Shown here piece after piece: positions 1 through 9,086 of a stretch of 64,000 nucleotides of DNA; the stretch's first letter is position 1; each line of letters begins with the position of its first letter. Source of the stretch: Gammaproteobacteria bacterium (lineage in GTDB: Bacteria > Pseudomonadota > Gammaproteobacteria > GCA-002705445 > GCA-002716945); the NCBI GenBank assembly GCA_047611265.1, contig JBLFWM010000001.1, positions 153,153-217,152 of the forward strand, in the 5' to 3' direction. The notes beneath the pieces were generated by a model. That model was not told the origin of the DNA, did no database searches, and was given only the letters and a program-made list of their open reading frames with translations. Position numbers and translations under genes: made by a program.

Positions 1-79
1 TAAATATTATAACAGGGACAATAATTAGCGCCCCATGTATTATATTGATAATAGTACTTTTTAAATAACCCATAATCTT

Positions 80-949
80 ATGCATAATAAATCTAATAAA
101 TTCAGTATAACAAAAAAATCTTCATGGTCACTAATTTTAGCAGCTAAATATTTCAGAGTGAATAATTTTGATAATGAGTCCCGGATTATTATAGAAAAAT
201 CACTAAATAGCAAAAAGTATGAATATGAATATGATATAGAAAAAAAAGAAGTAATTAATAGTAATTTTAATATAGATGGTTATACGGATAACCTCTTTAA
301 ATTATATCTTCCTATAATATTTAATAGTAAAAAGACTTATTTGATAGGTCATTTAGCGCAGACATTGGATGGATTTATAGCAACAAATTCAAATGAGTCA
401 AAGTATATAAGCTCTAAAGAAAATCTTACCCATATACATATGTTAAGGGCAATTTCAGATATAATCTTGGTAGGATTCAATACTGTTAAATCAGATAATC
501 CCATGCTTACAACAAGACTTGTGAGGGGTGAAAACCCTATGAGGATTATTTTAGATAAAAACGACAGTATTAGTAAAAAATATAATGTCTTTAATAATAA
601 AGATGATAATGGTTATAAAATTATCAATGATAAGTTAAAACAAAAAGATCCAAATATATTTCAACTACCTCTAGTAGATAATCAGTTTGATGAAAGAGAC
701 ATAATATCATTGCTAACTAAGCTAAATAAAAAAATAGTTTTCATAGAAGGTGGTGGCAAAACTATCTCAAGGTTTTATAAAAAAAACCTTCTTGATAAAT
801 TACATCTATGTATTAGCCCTATAATATTAGGGAAAGGGATTAGTAGTTTTGTAATTCCAAAACAAAAATCATTGAAAGAAGTTGATGATCATAAAATATC
901 TTATATTAAGATGGGTAGTGATATTTTATGTGATATTGATTTATTTTAA
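80..949 (+). CDS. RibD C-terminal-domain (dihydrofolate-reductase-fold) pyrimidine/pterin reductase family protein with ~85-aa N-terminal extension
   Basis: Core 'LIGHLAQTLDGFIATNS...SKYISS...HMLRAISDIILVGFNTVKSDNPMLTTRL...PMRIILD' and C-terminal 'FIEGGGKTISRFYKKNLLDKLHLCISPIILGKG' align with the reductase half of RibD ('LDG..A..GES.WIT...LRA.SDAIL.G..TV..DDP.LT.R' and 'EAG..L...L...LVDEL..YIAP.LLG'). ATG start with no alternative in-frame Met before the domain. Confidence 0.5.
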   Translation: MHNKSNKFSITKKSSWSLILAAKYFRVNNFDNESRIIIEKSLNSKKYEYEYDIEKKEVINSNFNIDGYTDNLFKLYLPIIFNSKKTYLIGHLAQTLDGFIATNSNESKYISSKENLTHIHMLRAISDIILVGFNTVKSDNPMLTTRLVRGENPMRIILDKNDSISKKYNVFNNKDDNGYKIINDKLKQKDPNIFQLPLVDNQFDERDIISLLTKLNKKIVFIEGGGKTISRFYKKNLLDKLHLCISPIILGKGISSFVIPKQKSLKEVDDHKISYIKMGSDILCDIDLF

Positions 950-1834
950 TCTAATTTTTAGAAAAAAATAGAGTCCTGGTAAAGAACATATTAAGTTCAA
1001 TATTCCATATATTATTGATACACTAATGCTTGCAGATGCTGAGAGCCCTAAAAGAAAGGATAATAAAAGAGCAGTTAGCTCTCTTATACCCCAACCTCCA
1101 ATACTAATTGGTAAAGTCATAGAAAATAGGATTATTGGAGAAAAAACCATAAACGCAATATAATCAATATCTAACCCTAATGAAATTGCAGATATTACAT
1201 AGATAAGTACATATGAGCATACAACAAAAAATGAAAGGATCAAGTGTCTCCAGAATACTTCTCCCGAAAAAACTGTGTAAAAATTATTACTAATTCTTTT
1301 GCCACTTAACATTTTTTTTATTTTCTTGTTAAGGAATAATTTAAATATAAAAAATATTAATAATGAAGGAAAAAATAAGTAAAAGAAGGCTTCGTATTTA
1401 TGATTTACGAGAAAGTAAAGGGTTAGAGATACTATAAAAAAAGCAAGCAACATGATTTGACCAGATAATCTTTCAAAAATAACAGCTTGTACGGACTTTC
1501 CCATTTTTAGTATTTCAATTTTATTTTCTGTTGTATGATAAATACGAAACATGTCTCCTATAATACCGCCTGGCAAAATATTATTCATAAAGGTAGATAT
1601 ATAATAAAACTGAATGGAATTCTTAAAACTAATGTTTAGATTAGTAATTTTAGAAATATACATCCATCTGTATGCTGATAAAAAATGCTGTATAATACTT
1701 ATTAGTATAATTAATATAATATATCGTATGTCTACAATAGAAAGTATATTGGATATATTAATTCCATACTGCTCAATAATATAATAAATTATTAAAATAG
1801 ACAGAATATATTTCAGAGTATCCTTGATATTCAT
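941..1834 (-). CDS. polytopic inner-membrane protein, flippase-like (lysyl-phosphatidylglycerol-synthase TM-region / UPF0104-like)
   Basis: 297 aa, about 8 hydrophobic helices, no soluble domain. Family resemblance is by overall architecture only. It is the last gene of the minus-strand operon and shares a base with the stop of the upstream methyltransferase gene. Confidence 0.35.
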   Translation of the reverse strand: MNIKDTLKYILSILIIYYIIEQYGINISNILSIVDIRYIILIILISIIQHFLSAYRWMYISKITNLNISFKNSIQFYYISTFMNNILPGGIIGDMFRIYHTTENKIEILKMGKSVQAVIFERLSGQIMLLAFFIVSLTLYFLVNHKYEAFFYLFFPSLLIFFIFKLFLNKKIKKMLSGKRISNNFYTVFSGEVFWRHLILSFFVVCSYVLIYVISAISLGLDIDYIAFMVFSPIILFSMTLPISIGGWGIRELTALLLSFLLGLSASASISVSIIYGILNLICSLPGLYFFLKIRLK

Positions 1835-2784
1835 TATGTTAATATTAAAATATCTTTATGACCTACAGTAATTTTTGACTTACCGGACACAATGTCTTTC
1901 AGCTTTACCTTTCGCCATTCACTAAGCATATCTTTATCAGTAATATCATCTTTTTTTAATGGTTTATATATTGTATTTAAATACATTTTTTGAAAATATT
2001 TGGTATTTTCATTATAAGACTTTAACTCCCAGGAAGAATCTTTAATCTGAAAACTATATTTCTTCTTCGCGCTATACTCTTTTATAAGCTTAATGCTTTT
2101 TGAACCAACTACATATCCAGAGATTTTATTCATTTCTTGATGTTTATTAAACATCGTTAAAACATATTTGTCATATTTATGACTAGAGTCCCATTTAATA
2201 CTTCCATCAAAACATATAGAAAAATATATTATTTTATTTTTTCCTACCTTATTTAAAAGTTTTTTGATAAATAGTATTGGAAGTATATCTGACATAGCTG
2301 ACAAACTAATTAGATTATAATTATTAATAATATCTAATGATTTTAAAATATCAGTATTCATTAATTGAATATTTTCAGTTTTGATAGTATCTATTTTTTT
2401 TAATTGATACTTTGTAGGGGATTCTTTTAAAATATTATAGTTTGTCCCATTTAGATAATTATAAGTGGATGCATAAAAATCTCTTAAAAGTTTAGAGTCA
2501 TAATCTATAAGAAGCATTTCTTCAAAGACCATTTTCTTGCTATGACAGTATCTTAAAAATGACCCATTTCCAGAACCCAGATCAATGATCTTATTAAAAA
2601 AAGACTTGTCTTTTTTATATTGTTCTTTTAAAAGATTACTTCTATGTTTTAAATCATATTTTTCTCGTGCTTTAATCCACGACAATGAAAATTTATCTTG
2701 TTCCATATAACACCATTTTAAAATTCCTGGCTGCCCTCTTCCAGCCATACTTTTCAATGCTAGAGGATGCTGATTTAGAAACAT
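1834..2784 (-). CDS. class I SAM-dependent methyltransferase
   Basis: Motif I 'IIDLGSGNGSFLRY' (hh[DE]hGxGxG) about 65 aa from the N-terminus. The 5' end of the longest ORF overlaps the upstream GT gene by 92 nt. In-frame ATGs at 2748 and 2706 (both confirmed as 'cat' on the + strand) are more likely true starts. Confidence 0.5.
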   Translation of the reverse strand: MFLNQHPLALKSMAGRGQPGILKWCYMEQDKFSLSWIKAREKYDLKHRSNLLKEQYKKDKSFFNKIIDLGSGNGSFLRYCHSKKMVFEEMLLIDYDSKLLRDFYASTYNYLNGTNYNILKESPTKYQLKKIDTIKTENIQLMNTDILKSLDIINNYNLISLSAMSDILPILFIKKLLNKVGKNKIIYFSICFDGSIKWDSSHKYDKYVLTMFNKHQEMNKISGYVVGSKSIKLIKEYSAKKKYSFQIKDSSWELKSYNENTKYFQKMYLNTIYKPLKKDDITDKDMLSEWRKVKLKDIVSGKSKITVGHKDILILT

Positions 2785-3691
2785 GCCTATTAAAATTATG
2801 CTCTATGGTTTCAGCTAATGACTTAATATTATTTTCTTCGACAAAATCAACATCTCTACTTTTCAATACTTCCCTTAATACTGGCAAATCTGTAGTGATA
2901 ACTTTAACACCAGAAATTGAAGACTCAAGTAATGCCATGCCAAAACCTTCATAATGTGTTGCAAGTATGAATAACTTTGATTTTTGTAAATAATCGAGCA
3001 TAGTCTTAGTTTCCACTGAACCTAAAAATGTTATTTTATCTTCCAATCTATAATCCTTAATCAAAAGATCTAGTCTCTGATAATAATCTTTATCAATATC
3101 ATAATCTCCTATAATATTTAAATGCCAATCAAATTTAAGTTTACTCAATGACTTTATCAGCCACTCATATCCTTTTCTTGGAATTATATTCCCAATTGAT
3201 AGAATATTTTTAGAATTAGCTGCAGTATTACAATTAAAAAAACAATCTCTGATACCTGGGTATACCACATTTATATTGGAGTGCTTATTTAAATATTTAC
3301 TGATTTTTGATTTCATGTATTTACTTACAGTCGTAATTGATTTTGCATATGTGAAAGCTATTTTCTCGTTAAAGTATAATTTAAGATCAGATGACCTTTT
3401 AGCAGGATCTTCTAATGAGCATGGATGGTGTACTAGTAAACTAATATTATCAAATTTCTTTATAATATATTTGATTCTGTTAGCCAGATAACCATCTACT
3501 ATTATAATAGACTCTTTTGGTATTTTCTTTAATTTTGTAAAGAGTTTAATACTTGAAATATCATGTTTGACTATTATGCCAAAGTGATAAATAAATATCT
3601 TTTTTAAATACTTACATAATTGAATATCATATAATGTTCCGCCGGTAATAGTACTGCCGAATTTAGGATAAATAAAATATATTTTTCTCAT
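2693..3691 (-). CDS. glycosyltransferase, GT-B fold, family 4 (group 1 glycosyltransferase)
   Basis: C-terminal half carries the canonical GT4 signature 'FILATHYEGFGMALLESSISGVKVITTD' (E-x7-E motif). Size of 332 aa fits. Confidence 0.7.
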   Translation of the reverse strand: MRKIYFIYPKFGSTITGGTLYDIQLCKYLKKIFIYHFGIIVKHDISSIKLFTKLKKIPKESIIIVDGYLANRIKYIIKKFDNISLLVHHPCSLEDPAKRSSDLKLYFNEKIAFTYAKSITTVSKYMKSKISKYLNKHSNINVVYPGIRDCFFNCNTAANSKNILSIGNIIPRKGYEWLIKSLSKLKFDWHLNIIGDYDIDKDYYQRLDLLIKDYRLEDKITFLGSVETKTMLDYLQKSKLFILATHYEGFGMALLESSISGVKVITTDLPVLREVLKSRDVDFVEENNIKSLAETIEHNFNRHVSKSASSSIEKYGWKRAARNFKMVLYGTR

Positions 3692-4086
3692 TCATTAATT
3701 TTTTGTTCATAAGATGCTGATGCAATATGTGATTCATTTAAAATCATCTTAATTGAATATAACTCTGAAGTATCAAATTTTTCTTTTTCTAATTGGCTTA
3801 TAAAGTCCATAGTTAATTGTTTTGCCATAAACTCTGTAGTTGTTATTATTCCTGAAAATAAATTAATATCATCAAGATTTTTATAATTATAAACTTTGAT
3901 ACACTTATTCAGTAATTTTGATGCAAGCCCAATATCTATGACAACATTTTTATCTGTTATTTGATCACTTCTAATTATCAAATCTATTACATAAGTTGCA
4001 CCATGGAGATTTTTAGCAGGTCCAAAAAAATCATCTTTTAAGCTATGGGCTATAAATAAATTATCTCTTACAGTTACTTCATACAT
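3688..4086 (-). CDS. 6-pyruvoyl-tetrahydropterin synthase / QueD-fold protein with non-canonical metal-site motif
   Basis: 132 aa. 'FIAHSL..(12)..LHGATYVIDL' parallels QueD/PTPS 'ESAHRL...C.RLHGHSF.V.L', but the second His of HGH is Ala and the upstream catalytic Cys is absent. Overlaps the GT start by 4 nt. Confidence 0.45.
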   Translation of the reverse strand: MYEVTVRDNLFIAHSLKDDFFGPAKNLHGATYVIDLIIRSDQITDKNVVIDIGLASKLLNKCIKVYNYKNLDDINLFSGIITTTEFMAKQLTMDFISQLEKEKFDTSELYSIKMILNESHIASASYEQKINE

Positions 4087-4088
4087 GG

Positions 4089-5072
4089 TTATTTATTTCC
4101 ATAGTTTACTACTTTACAAAAAAATCTCTGTTCTTTGCTCATTTCAGAGAAAAATTTTGGTAGCTTATTAAAGTTTATCATTTTGTTTTCTACCAGATGA
4201 TCTAATCTATCATCATTTAACATACTAATTGCCAATTCTCTTCTTTGGACATTGTTCCAATATTTGCTTCTATTATGAGAAACTTTGGATACTTGAGAAA
4301 AAATAATCTTAATCCTTTTTGAAAGAAATTCTTCACCAAATTTAACTCTAGAAACATTGTTTCCATACCAGCTTAATATACAAATAGTTGCTTCATCTCT
4401 CACATGCTTACTTAGACTATTCATAATATCAGCACTACCAGAGCACTCATAAATAATATTTGCCTTATAATTTTTAGGTATCTGAGTTTTAAAATTAATG
4501 TCAAATATTTTAGAAAGTTTACTTTTTTTTGTATCACTATCAACCAGCAATATTTCGCAGCCAGGTATGGATTTTAGTAAGTAGGTCATTAAAAATCCAA
4601 CTACTCCAGAACCTATAACTAATATTTTATCACCACATGACGGTAGTGTATCCCACATACCATTTACTGCCGTCTCCATATTTGCTGTCAATAAGCACCT
4701 TTTTAGTGGAATTGATTCTGAAATTAAAGTTACCTCAGACTCATTTAACACATAATGTGTTTGATGAGGATATAATGTATATACATGTTTTCCTTTAAAC
4801 CCAGATGATCCTTTCATCACCTTGCCTATATTCATATATCCATATTTAACATCTGAACCAAATTTTCCCTCTTGATATGGGCACCTCATTAATTCTTTTT
4901 GACTGTCAGGAACAGTCCCAGTATAAACAATTTTTTCTGTTCCATAGCTTATTCCGCTATATACTGTTTGAATTAAAAGCTCATTTTTCTGTGGTGGATC
5001 AATAGTATGACTTTTAATATAACTATTATTTTTTTTCTTAATCCAGAATGATTGTGCGTTTATTTTTTTCAT
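4089..5072 (-). CDS. medium-chain dehydrogenase/reductase (alcohol-dehydrogenase-like) NAD(P)-dependent oxidoreductase
   Basis: 327 aa with a Rossmann motif 'ILVIGSGVVGFLMTYLL' at mid-protein and a GroES-like N-terminal half, the typical MDR layout. The classic zinc ADH 'GHEG' signature is not evident. First gene of the minus-strand operon. Confidence 0.5.
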   Translation of the reverse strand: MKKINAQSFWIKKKNNSYIKSHTIDPPQKNELLIQTVYSGISYGTEKIVYTGTVPDSQKELMRCPYQEGKFGSDVKYGYMNIGKVMKGSSGFKGKHVYTLYPHQTHYVLNESEVTLISESIPLKRCLLTANMETAVNGMWDTLPSCGDKILVIGSGVVGFLMTYLLKSIPGCEILLVDSDTKKSKLSKIFDINFKTQIPKNYKANIIYECSGSADIMNSLSKHVRDEATICILSWYGNNVSRVKFGEEFLSKRIKIIFSQVSKVSHNRSKYWNNVQRRELAISMLNDDRLDHLVENKMINFNKLPKFFSEMSKEQRFFCKVVNYGNK

Positions 5073-5092
5073 ACTACACTTAAATATTAATT

Positions 5093-5821
5093 ATGATTAA
5101 TTTGTTTATACTAAAAACTATCTCGAGAGCATATTTAGCTCTAATAATATTGCTTGGTGCTATTTTATACAAAGACCTAACAGTATTAATAGTACTACAA
5201 AATACTATATTATTTTTAATTATTTCAGCTCTTATATTTTATTTGTTTAACTATTTTAAAGAAAAAAAATTTACATACGCTTCTAATGTGACTTATTTAA
5301 GGGTCATAATATCAATAATTCTTCTATCTATATCTATTAATGCCTTGTCAGACCAAGATATTTTTAAAAATTTTTACCATGATGGCTACTTTGCTTTGAT
5401 AGCTTTTTTAGCTTTGTGTCTAGATGGGGTTGATGGGTATATAGCAAGAAGATTTAATGAACAAAATAGTTTTGGAGAAATGTTTGATCAAGATGCTGAT
5501 ACTCTATTAATGTTAACACTATCTATCTCTTTATATCTGAATAAAGATGTGCCCATGATAGTGCTTTTAATCCCTACTTATAGATATTTATTTTTAATAT
5601 CTATGACTAAATATAAATGGATGAAGTGTAATCTTCCAGAAAGTTATTATAGAAAAATTAGCTGCACCCTATCAACATTTTTATTGATAATTTGTCATAG
5701 TCAATATATTAAAGATATATCATTAAGCTATTTAGTATTGATATCATTATTTGTCATTACTTTTTCTTTTGCAAAGGATATACTTTGGTTATATAAGAGG
5801 GGAAGGTATGAGAACACATAA
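5093..5821 (+). CDS. CDP-alcohol phosphatidyltransferase family protein (acceptor alcohol unknown)
   Basis: 'LDGVDGYIARRFNEQNSFGEMFDQDADTL' matches the D-G-x2-A-R-x8-G-x3-D-x3-D signature. Multiple TM helices. At 242 aa it is longer than PgsA. Start lies 20 bp from the divergent MDR gene start. Confidence 0.6.
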   Translation: MINLFILKTISRAYLALIILLGAILYKDLTVLIVLQNTILFLIISALIFYLFNYFKEKKFTYASNVTYLRVIISIILLSISINALSDQDIFKNFYHDGYFALIAFLALCLDGVDGYIARRFNEQNSFGEMFDQDADTLLMLTLSISLYLNKDVPMIVLLIPTYRYLFLISMTKYKWMKCNLPESYYRKISCTLSTFLLIICHSQYIKDISLSYLVLISLFVITFSFAKDILWLYKRGRYENT

Positions 5822-6392
5822 AGTATTAATTATCATCGTAAGTATATTTTTTACTCAATTAGTTATTGCTAAAGATGATGCCTATGTTATTGATGAGTCT
5901 CACTTTAGTTTAGGATTTCTAGTTGAGCATGCTGGCTATGCAAAAACACTTGGAATGTTTAAAAGAGTCAGTGGTTCATTCTCCTATGATAGAGATAAAA
6001 ATATTCTCTCAAATGTAGAAATCATTATTGATACGTCTAGTGTATTTACCAATCATGAAAAAAGAGATTCTCACTTAAAAAGTCCTGACTTTCTTGATGT
6101 AAAAAATTTTCCAATCATGACTTTCAAGGCAACTAATAATGATTTAAATAAAAACCCCAATAAAGTTTCTGGAGAATTAACATTGCTGGGTATATCGAAA
6201 AAAATTACTTTAAATGCTGTTATTAATAAAATTGAGAAATACCCCTTTGGTTTTACTAAACCAATTGTGATGGGTGTATCTGCAACAGCTAGCTTTAATC
6301 GATCAGACTTTGGCATGAATTATGCTGTTAAAAAAAATCTTGTTGGCGATCAAATAGACTTGATAATAGAGTTTGAAGCAATTAAACAATAG
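5808..6392 (+). CDS. yceI: YceI-like periplasmic polyisoprenoid-binding protein
   Basis: Signal peptide 'MRTHKVLIIIVSIFFTQLVIA'. 'SHFSLGFLVEHAGYAKTLGMF..VSG...D', 'DFLDVKNFPIMTFK' and 'VSGELTLLGISKKITL' are YceI hallmarks. The longest ORF begins at 5751, but the ATG at 5808 is preceded by GAGGGGAAGG and gives the signal peptide. Confidence 0.75.
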   Translation: MRTHKVLIIIVSIFFTQLVIAKDDAYVIDESHFSLGFLVEHAGYAKTLGMFKRVSGSFSYDRDKNILSNVEIIIDTSSVFTNHEKRDSHLKSPDFLDVKNFPIMTFKATNNDLNKNPNKVSGELTLLGISKKITLNAVINKIEKYPFGFTKPIVMGVSATASFNRSDFGMNYAVKKNLVGDQIDLIIEFEAIKQ

Positions 6393-7061
6393 ATGAAACA
6401 TAAAGATACTCAGTTAGATCCAAATAAACTAAGGTCATATATAGATTTAGTCGGTTATAAAGAATCTGCTGTCTTGAAAGAACTACGTGATGAAACATCT
6501 AAACTTGGCGATATCTCTATAATGCAAATTGGTGCAGCGCAAGGAGCATTAATTAAAATGATTTGTGCGCTAGGTGGATTTACAAGATGTATTGAAATAG
6601 GTGTTTTTACAGGATATAGCTCTATTTGTATAGCAGAAGGTATGGCGGAAAATGGAAAGCTATTTGCTCTAGATAAATCTAAAGAGTTTATCCATATTGC
6701 AGAAAAATATTGGGATAAATTAAAACTTAATAATAAAATAGAGCTTTTACTAGGGGATGCTAGAGATACCTTGGATAATTTTATTTCTAGTAATCTTGAA
6801 AATACATTTGATTTTGTATTTATAGATGCTGACAAAAGTAATTATTTAGATTATTATGAAAAATCTCTAAAATTGATTAGATCAGGCGGAATAATTATTA
6901 TAGATAACACGATCTGGAAAGGAAAAGTCTTAGACAAAGATGATAATTCTTCTAGCACCAAATCTATAAAATCGCTTAATAATTTCATAGCAATTGATGA
7001 AAGAGTTGACCATTGTCTTATATCGATTTATGACGGAATGACCTTATGCATGAAAAAATAG
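6393..7061 (+). CDS. class I SAM-dependent O-methyltransferase, catechol/caffeoyl-CoA OMT family (TrmR/YrrM-like)
   Basis: 'GALIKMICALGGFTRCIEIGVFTGYSSICIAEGM' (motif I) and 'FDFVFIDADKSNY' are typical of the family-3 O-methyltransferase fold. Stop and start are adjacent to yceI. Overlaps trhO by 16 nt. Confidence 0.7.
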   Translation: MKHKDTQLDPNKLRSYIDLVGYKESAVLKELRDETSKLGDISIMQIGAAQGALIKMICALGGFTRCIEIGVFTGYSSICIAEGMAENGKLFALDKSKEFIHIAEKYWDKLKLNNKIELLLGDARDTLDNFISSNLENTFDFVFIDADKSNYLDYYEKSLKLIRSGGIIIIDNTIWKGKVLDKDDNSSSTKSIKSLNNFIAIDERVDHCLISIYDGMTLCMKK

Positions 7062-7744
7062 ATAGAGTAATTAGTTTCTATAAATTTACTCAAATAACAG
7101 ATACTGAGAGGATTAGATTTAATATTTTTAATTTTCTAAATAGCTTGGATATATTAGGTACAGTGCTGATTGCAAATGAAGGGATTAATGCAAATATGTG
7201 CGGCTCAGCTCAACATATTGAGTTAGCTAAAATACATATCTCAGAATTATTAGATTTAGGAGATATACATTTCAATGAATCAAAAATTAATGAAAAAGTA
7301 TTTACCAAGTTAAAAGTTAAGGTAAAGGACGAGATTATTAAGGTAGGTTTTGTGGCATCAGAAGAAGTAATTCTAAAAAATAAATCTTTAGAACCTAGAG
7401 AGTGGGATACATTACTAGAACAGAAACCCCTTATTATTGATATGAGAAATAGATTTGAATACCTAATGGGTACTTTCAAAAACTCAGGAAGTCTTAATCT
7501 TTTAAACTTTAGTGATCTAGAGCAGTCACTCAAAGAAACAGAAAATATTGATAAAGAGAAAAATATTGCTATATTCTGTACCGGTGGAATTAGATGTGAA
7601 AAAGCCAGCATAGCATTAACTAACCTTGGCTTTAAAAATGTCTTTCAGCTCAAAGGAGGCATCATTAACTATCTAAACAATAATAAAAGCAAGGACAAGT
7701 GGGAAGGTGATTGTTTTGTATTTGATGATAGGATAACTCTCTAA
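7046..7744 (+). CDS. trhO: tRNA uridine(34) hydroxylase, rhodanese-domain protein (YceA/UPF0176)
   Basis: 'ISFYKFTQITD...LGTVLIANEGINANMCGS' and the catalytic rhodanese loop 'IFCTGGIRCEKAS' plus 'GGIINY...FVFDDR' track E. coli YceA closely. Confidence 0.8.
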   Translation: MHEKIDRVISFYKFTQITDTERIRFNIFNFLNSLDILGTVLIANEGINANMCGSAQHIELAKIHISELLDLGDIHFNESKINEKVFTKLKVKVKDEIIKVGFVASEEVILKNKSLEPREWDTLLEQKPLIIDMRNRFEYLMGTFKNSGSLNLLNFSDLEQSLKETENIDKEKNIAIFCTGGIRCEKASIALTNLGFKNVFQLKGGIINYLNNNKSKDKWEGDCFVFDDRITL

Positions 7745-8703
7745 TCTACAATATAAGATGTTCTAGATAAAAGATTTAAGGATTCAGATCTGAATAACTC
7801 AAGCATAGTGTTATCAACATAATTATTCTCACTCCCCTTAATAAATAACGTAACATTTTCTGGAAGATCCAATCCTTTTATCATTTTATTTTCAGACGAG
7901 ATAATTATTTCTTTATCAAGATCAGCGCTAGTAATTTTTTTTACAGCAAAGGGTGGGCCGCTAACTTTATTTTTTAAGATAAAAAATATATATGGCATTG
8001 ACTTTAAAGTTTCATACATCTTATTAGATAATTTTATTTCAAATAAAAACTTATTAGAAGATGAGTCTAGTTGTTTTAATGCTTGGATATAAGGATCTTT
8101 ATCTTGGATTAAACTATTCTCAATGACACTATTTAAAATTTCTTTTGTTAGAGTGGCATCATTAACTTCAATAGAATAATTTAGTTTCATATTATATATA
8201 GTGATATCAGATGGATTTAAAGATATAAGCTTGTTAAAAGTTTTTATTATTTCCACTTTATTTGACTTAGAATCAATTCTTCTCAAGACATCAATATATT
8301 CTTCTAAAATTAGACTATCATCAGCTTTTATTGATATAGCTTTTTCATAAGAGTCTGCAGATAATAATAGATTATCCGTAATAATATAAGATTTAGCTAA
8401 CATGACCCAGCCCTGATAATAATCAGAATCTTTTTTTAACTTTACTTTAAGTACAGGTATATTTTTTTTAATAGTAAGAATATTATTTCTAATCTCTTGG
8501 TGTTTACTTAATATTTCATCATACTCTTGTTTTTCTAATACCCCAGAATCTTTAAAAAAAATTATGGTAGCCCCAATGAATAGAATTATAAAGACTAAAT
8601 TAATACCAACGCCCTGCATAGATAATCTCATTTTTTCACCAAAATTTTTATATAAAAATAAAAAATATATAAGCGAGATAAAGATTAAAATTAGATAAAT
8701 CAT
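7741..8703 (-). CDS. ccmI: cytochrome c-type biogenesis protein CcmI (CycH)-like, N-terminal TM segments plus TPR-like domain
   Basis: Last gene of the ccm run with an ATGA overlap to ccmH. Two N-terminal TM helices followed by a helical repeat domain ('GWVMLAKSYIITDNLLLSADSYEKAISI'). Assignment is mainly positional. Confidence 0.5.
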   Translation of the reverse strand: MIYLILIFISLIYFLFLYKNFGEKMRLSMQGVGINLVFIILFIGATIIFFKDSGVLEKQEYDEILSKHQEIRNNILTIKKNIPVLKVKLKKDSDYYQGWVMLAKSYIITDNLLLSADSYEKAISIKADDSLILEEYIDVLRRIDSKSNKVEIIKTFNKLISLNPSDITIYNMKLNYSIEVNDATLTKEILNSVIENSLIQDKDPYIQALKQLDSSSNKFLFEIKLSNKMYETLKSMPYIFFILKNKVSGPPFAVKKITSADLDKEIIISSENKMIKGLDLPENVTLFIKGSENNYVDNTMLELFRSESLNLLSRTSYIVD

Positions 8704-9086
8704 TTTTTTAAACTTCTTCGGAAAAAATAATAACTAATCATAAATAAAAATAAAAATGGCCCAATCCATAATATTAAATTTCTAGGTGAAAAAGGCGGTT
8801 CATATAATATGAAATCACTATATCTTTCAGACATATATGTTTTAATGTAATCTTCGTCTCTTCCTTCGTCTACCATTTCTCTTACCTTATTCCTTAGATC
8901 AATTGCTAGAGGAGCTTCAGATTCAGCAATATTTTGATTTTGACAGACCATGCATCTTATTTCAGTTATCATTTCATTATAAAGTATATTCTTTGTCTCT
9001 GTATCAGCTGATATTACTGGCTGAATGATAGATAGAAATATTCCAAAATATATAAAATTTTTAATTATCTTCATTGATCTTCTCAA
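8700..9086 (-). CDS. ccmH: cytochrome c-type biogenesis protein CcmH (CycL)
   Basis: Signal peptide plus the 'LRCxxC' signature 'IRCMVCQNQNIAESEAPLAIDLR', and a C-terminal TM helix. Confidence 0.75.
   Translation of the reverse strand: MRRSMKIIKNFIYFGIFLSIIQPVISADTETKNILYNEMITEIRCMVCQNQNIAESEAPLAIDLRNKVREMVDEGRDEDYIKTYMSERYSDFILYEPPFSPRNLILWIGPFLFLFMISYYFFRRSLKK

Noticed and set aside
2685-2954. 89-aa + strand ORF overlapping the GT4 3' end
   Set aside because: It lies inside the GT4 gene on the opposite strand and has no features of a real protein.
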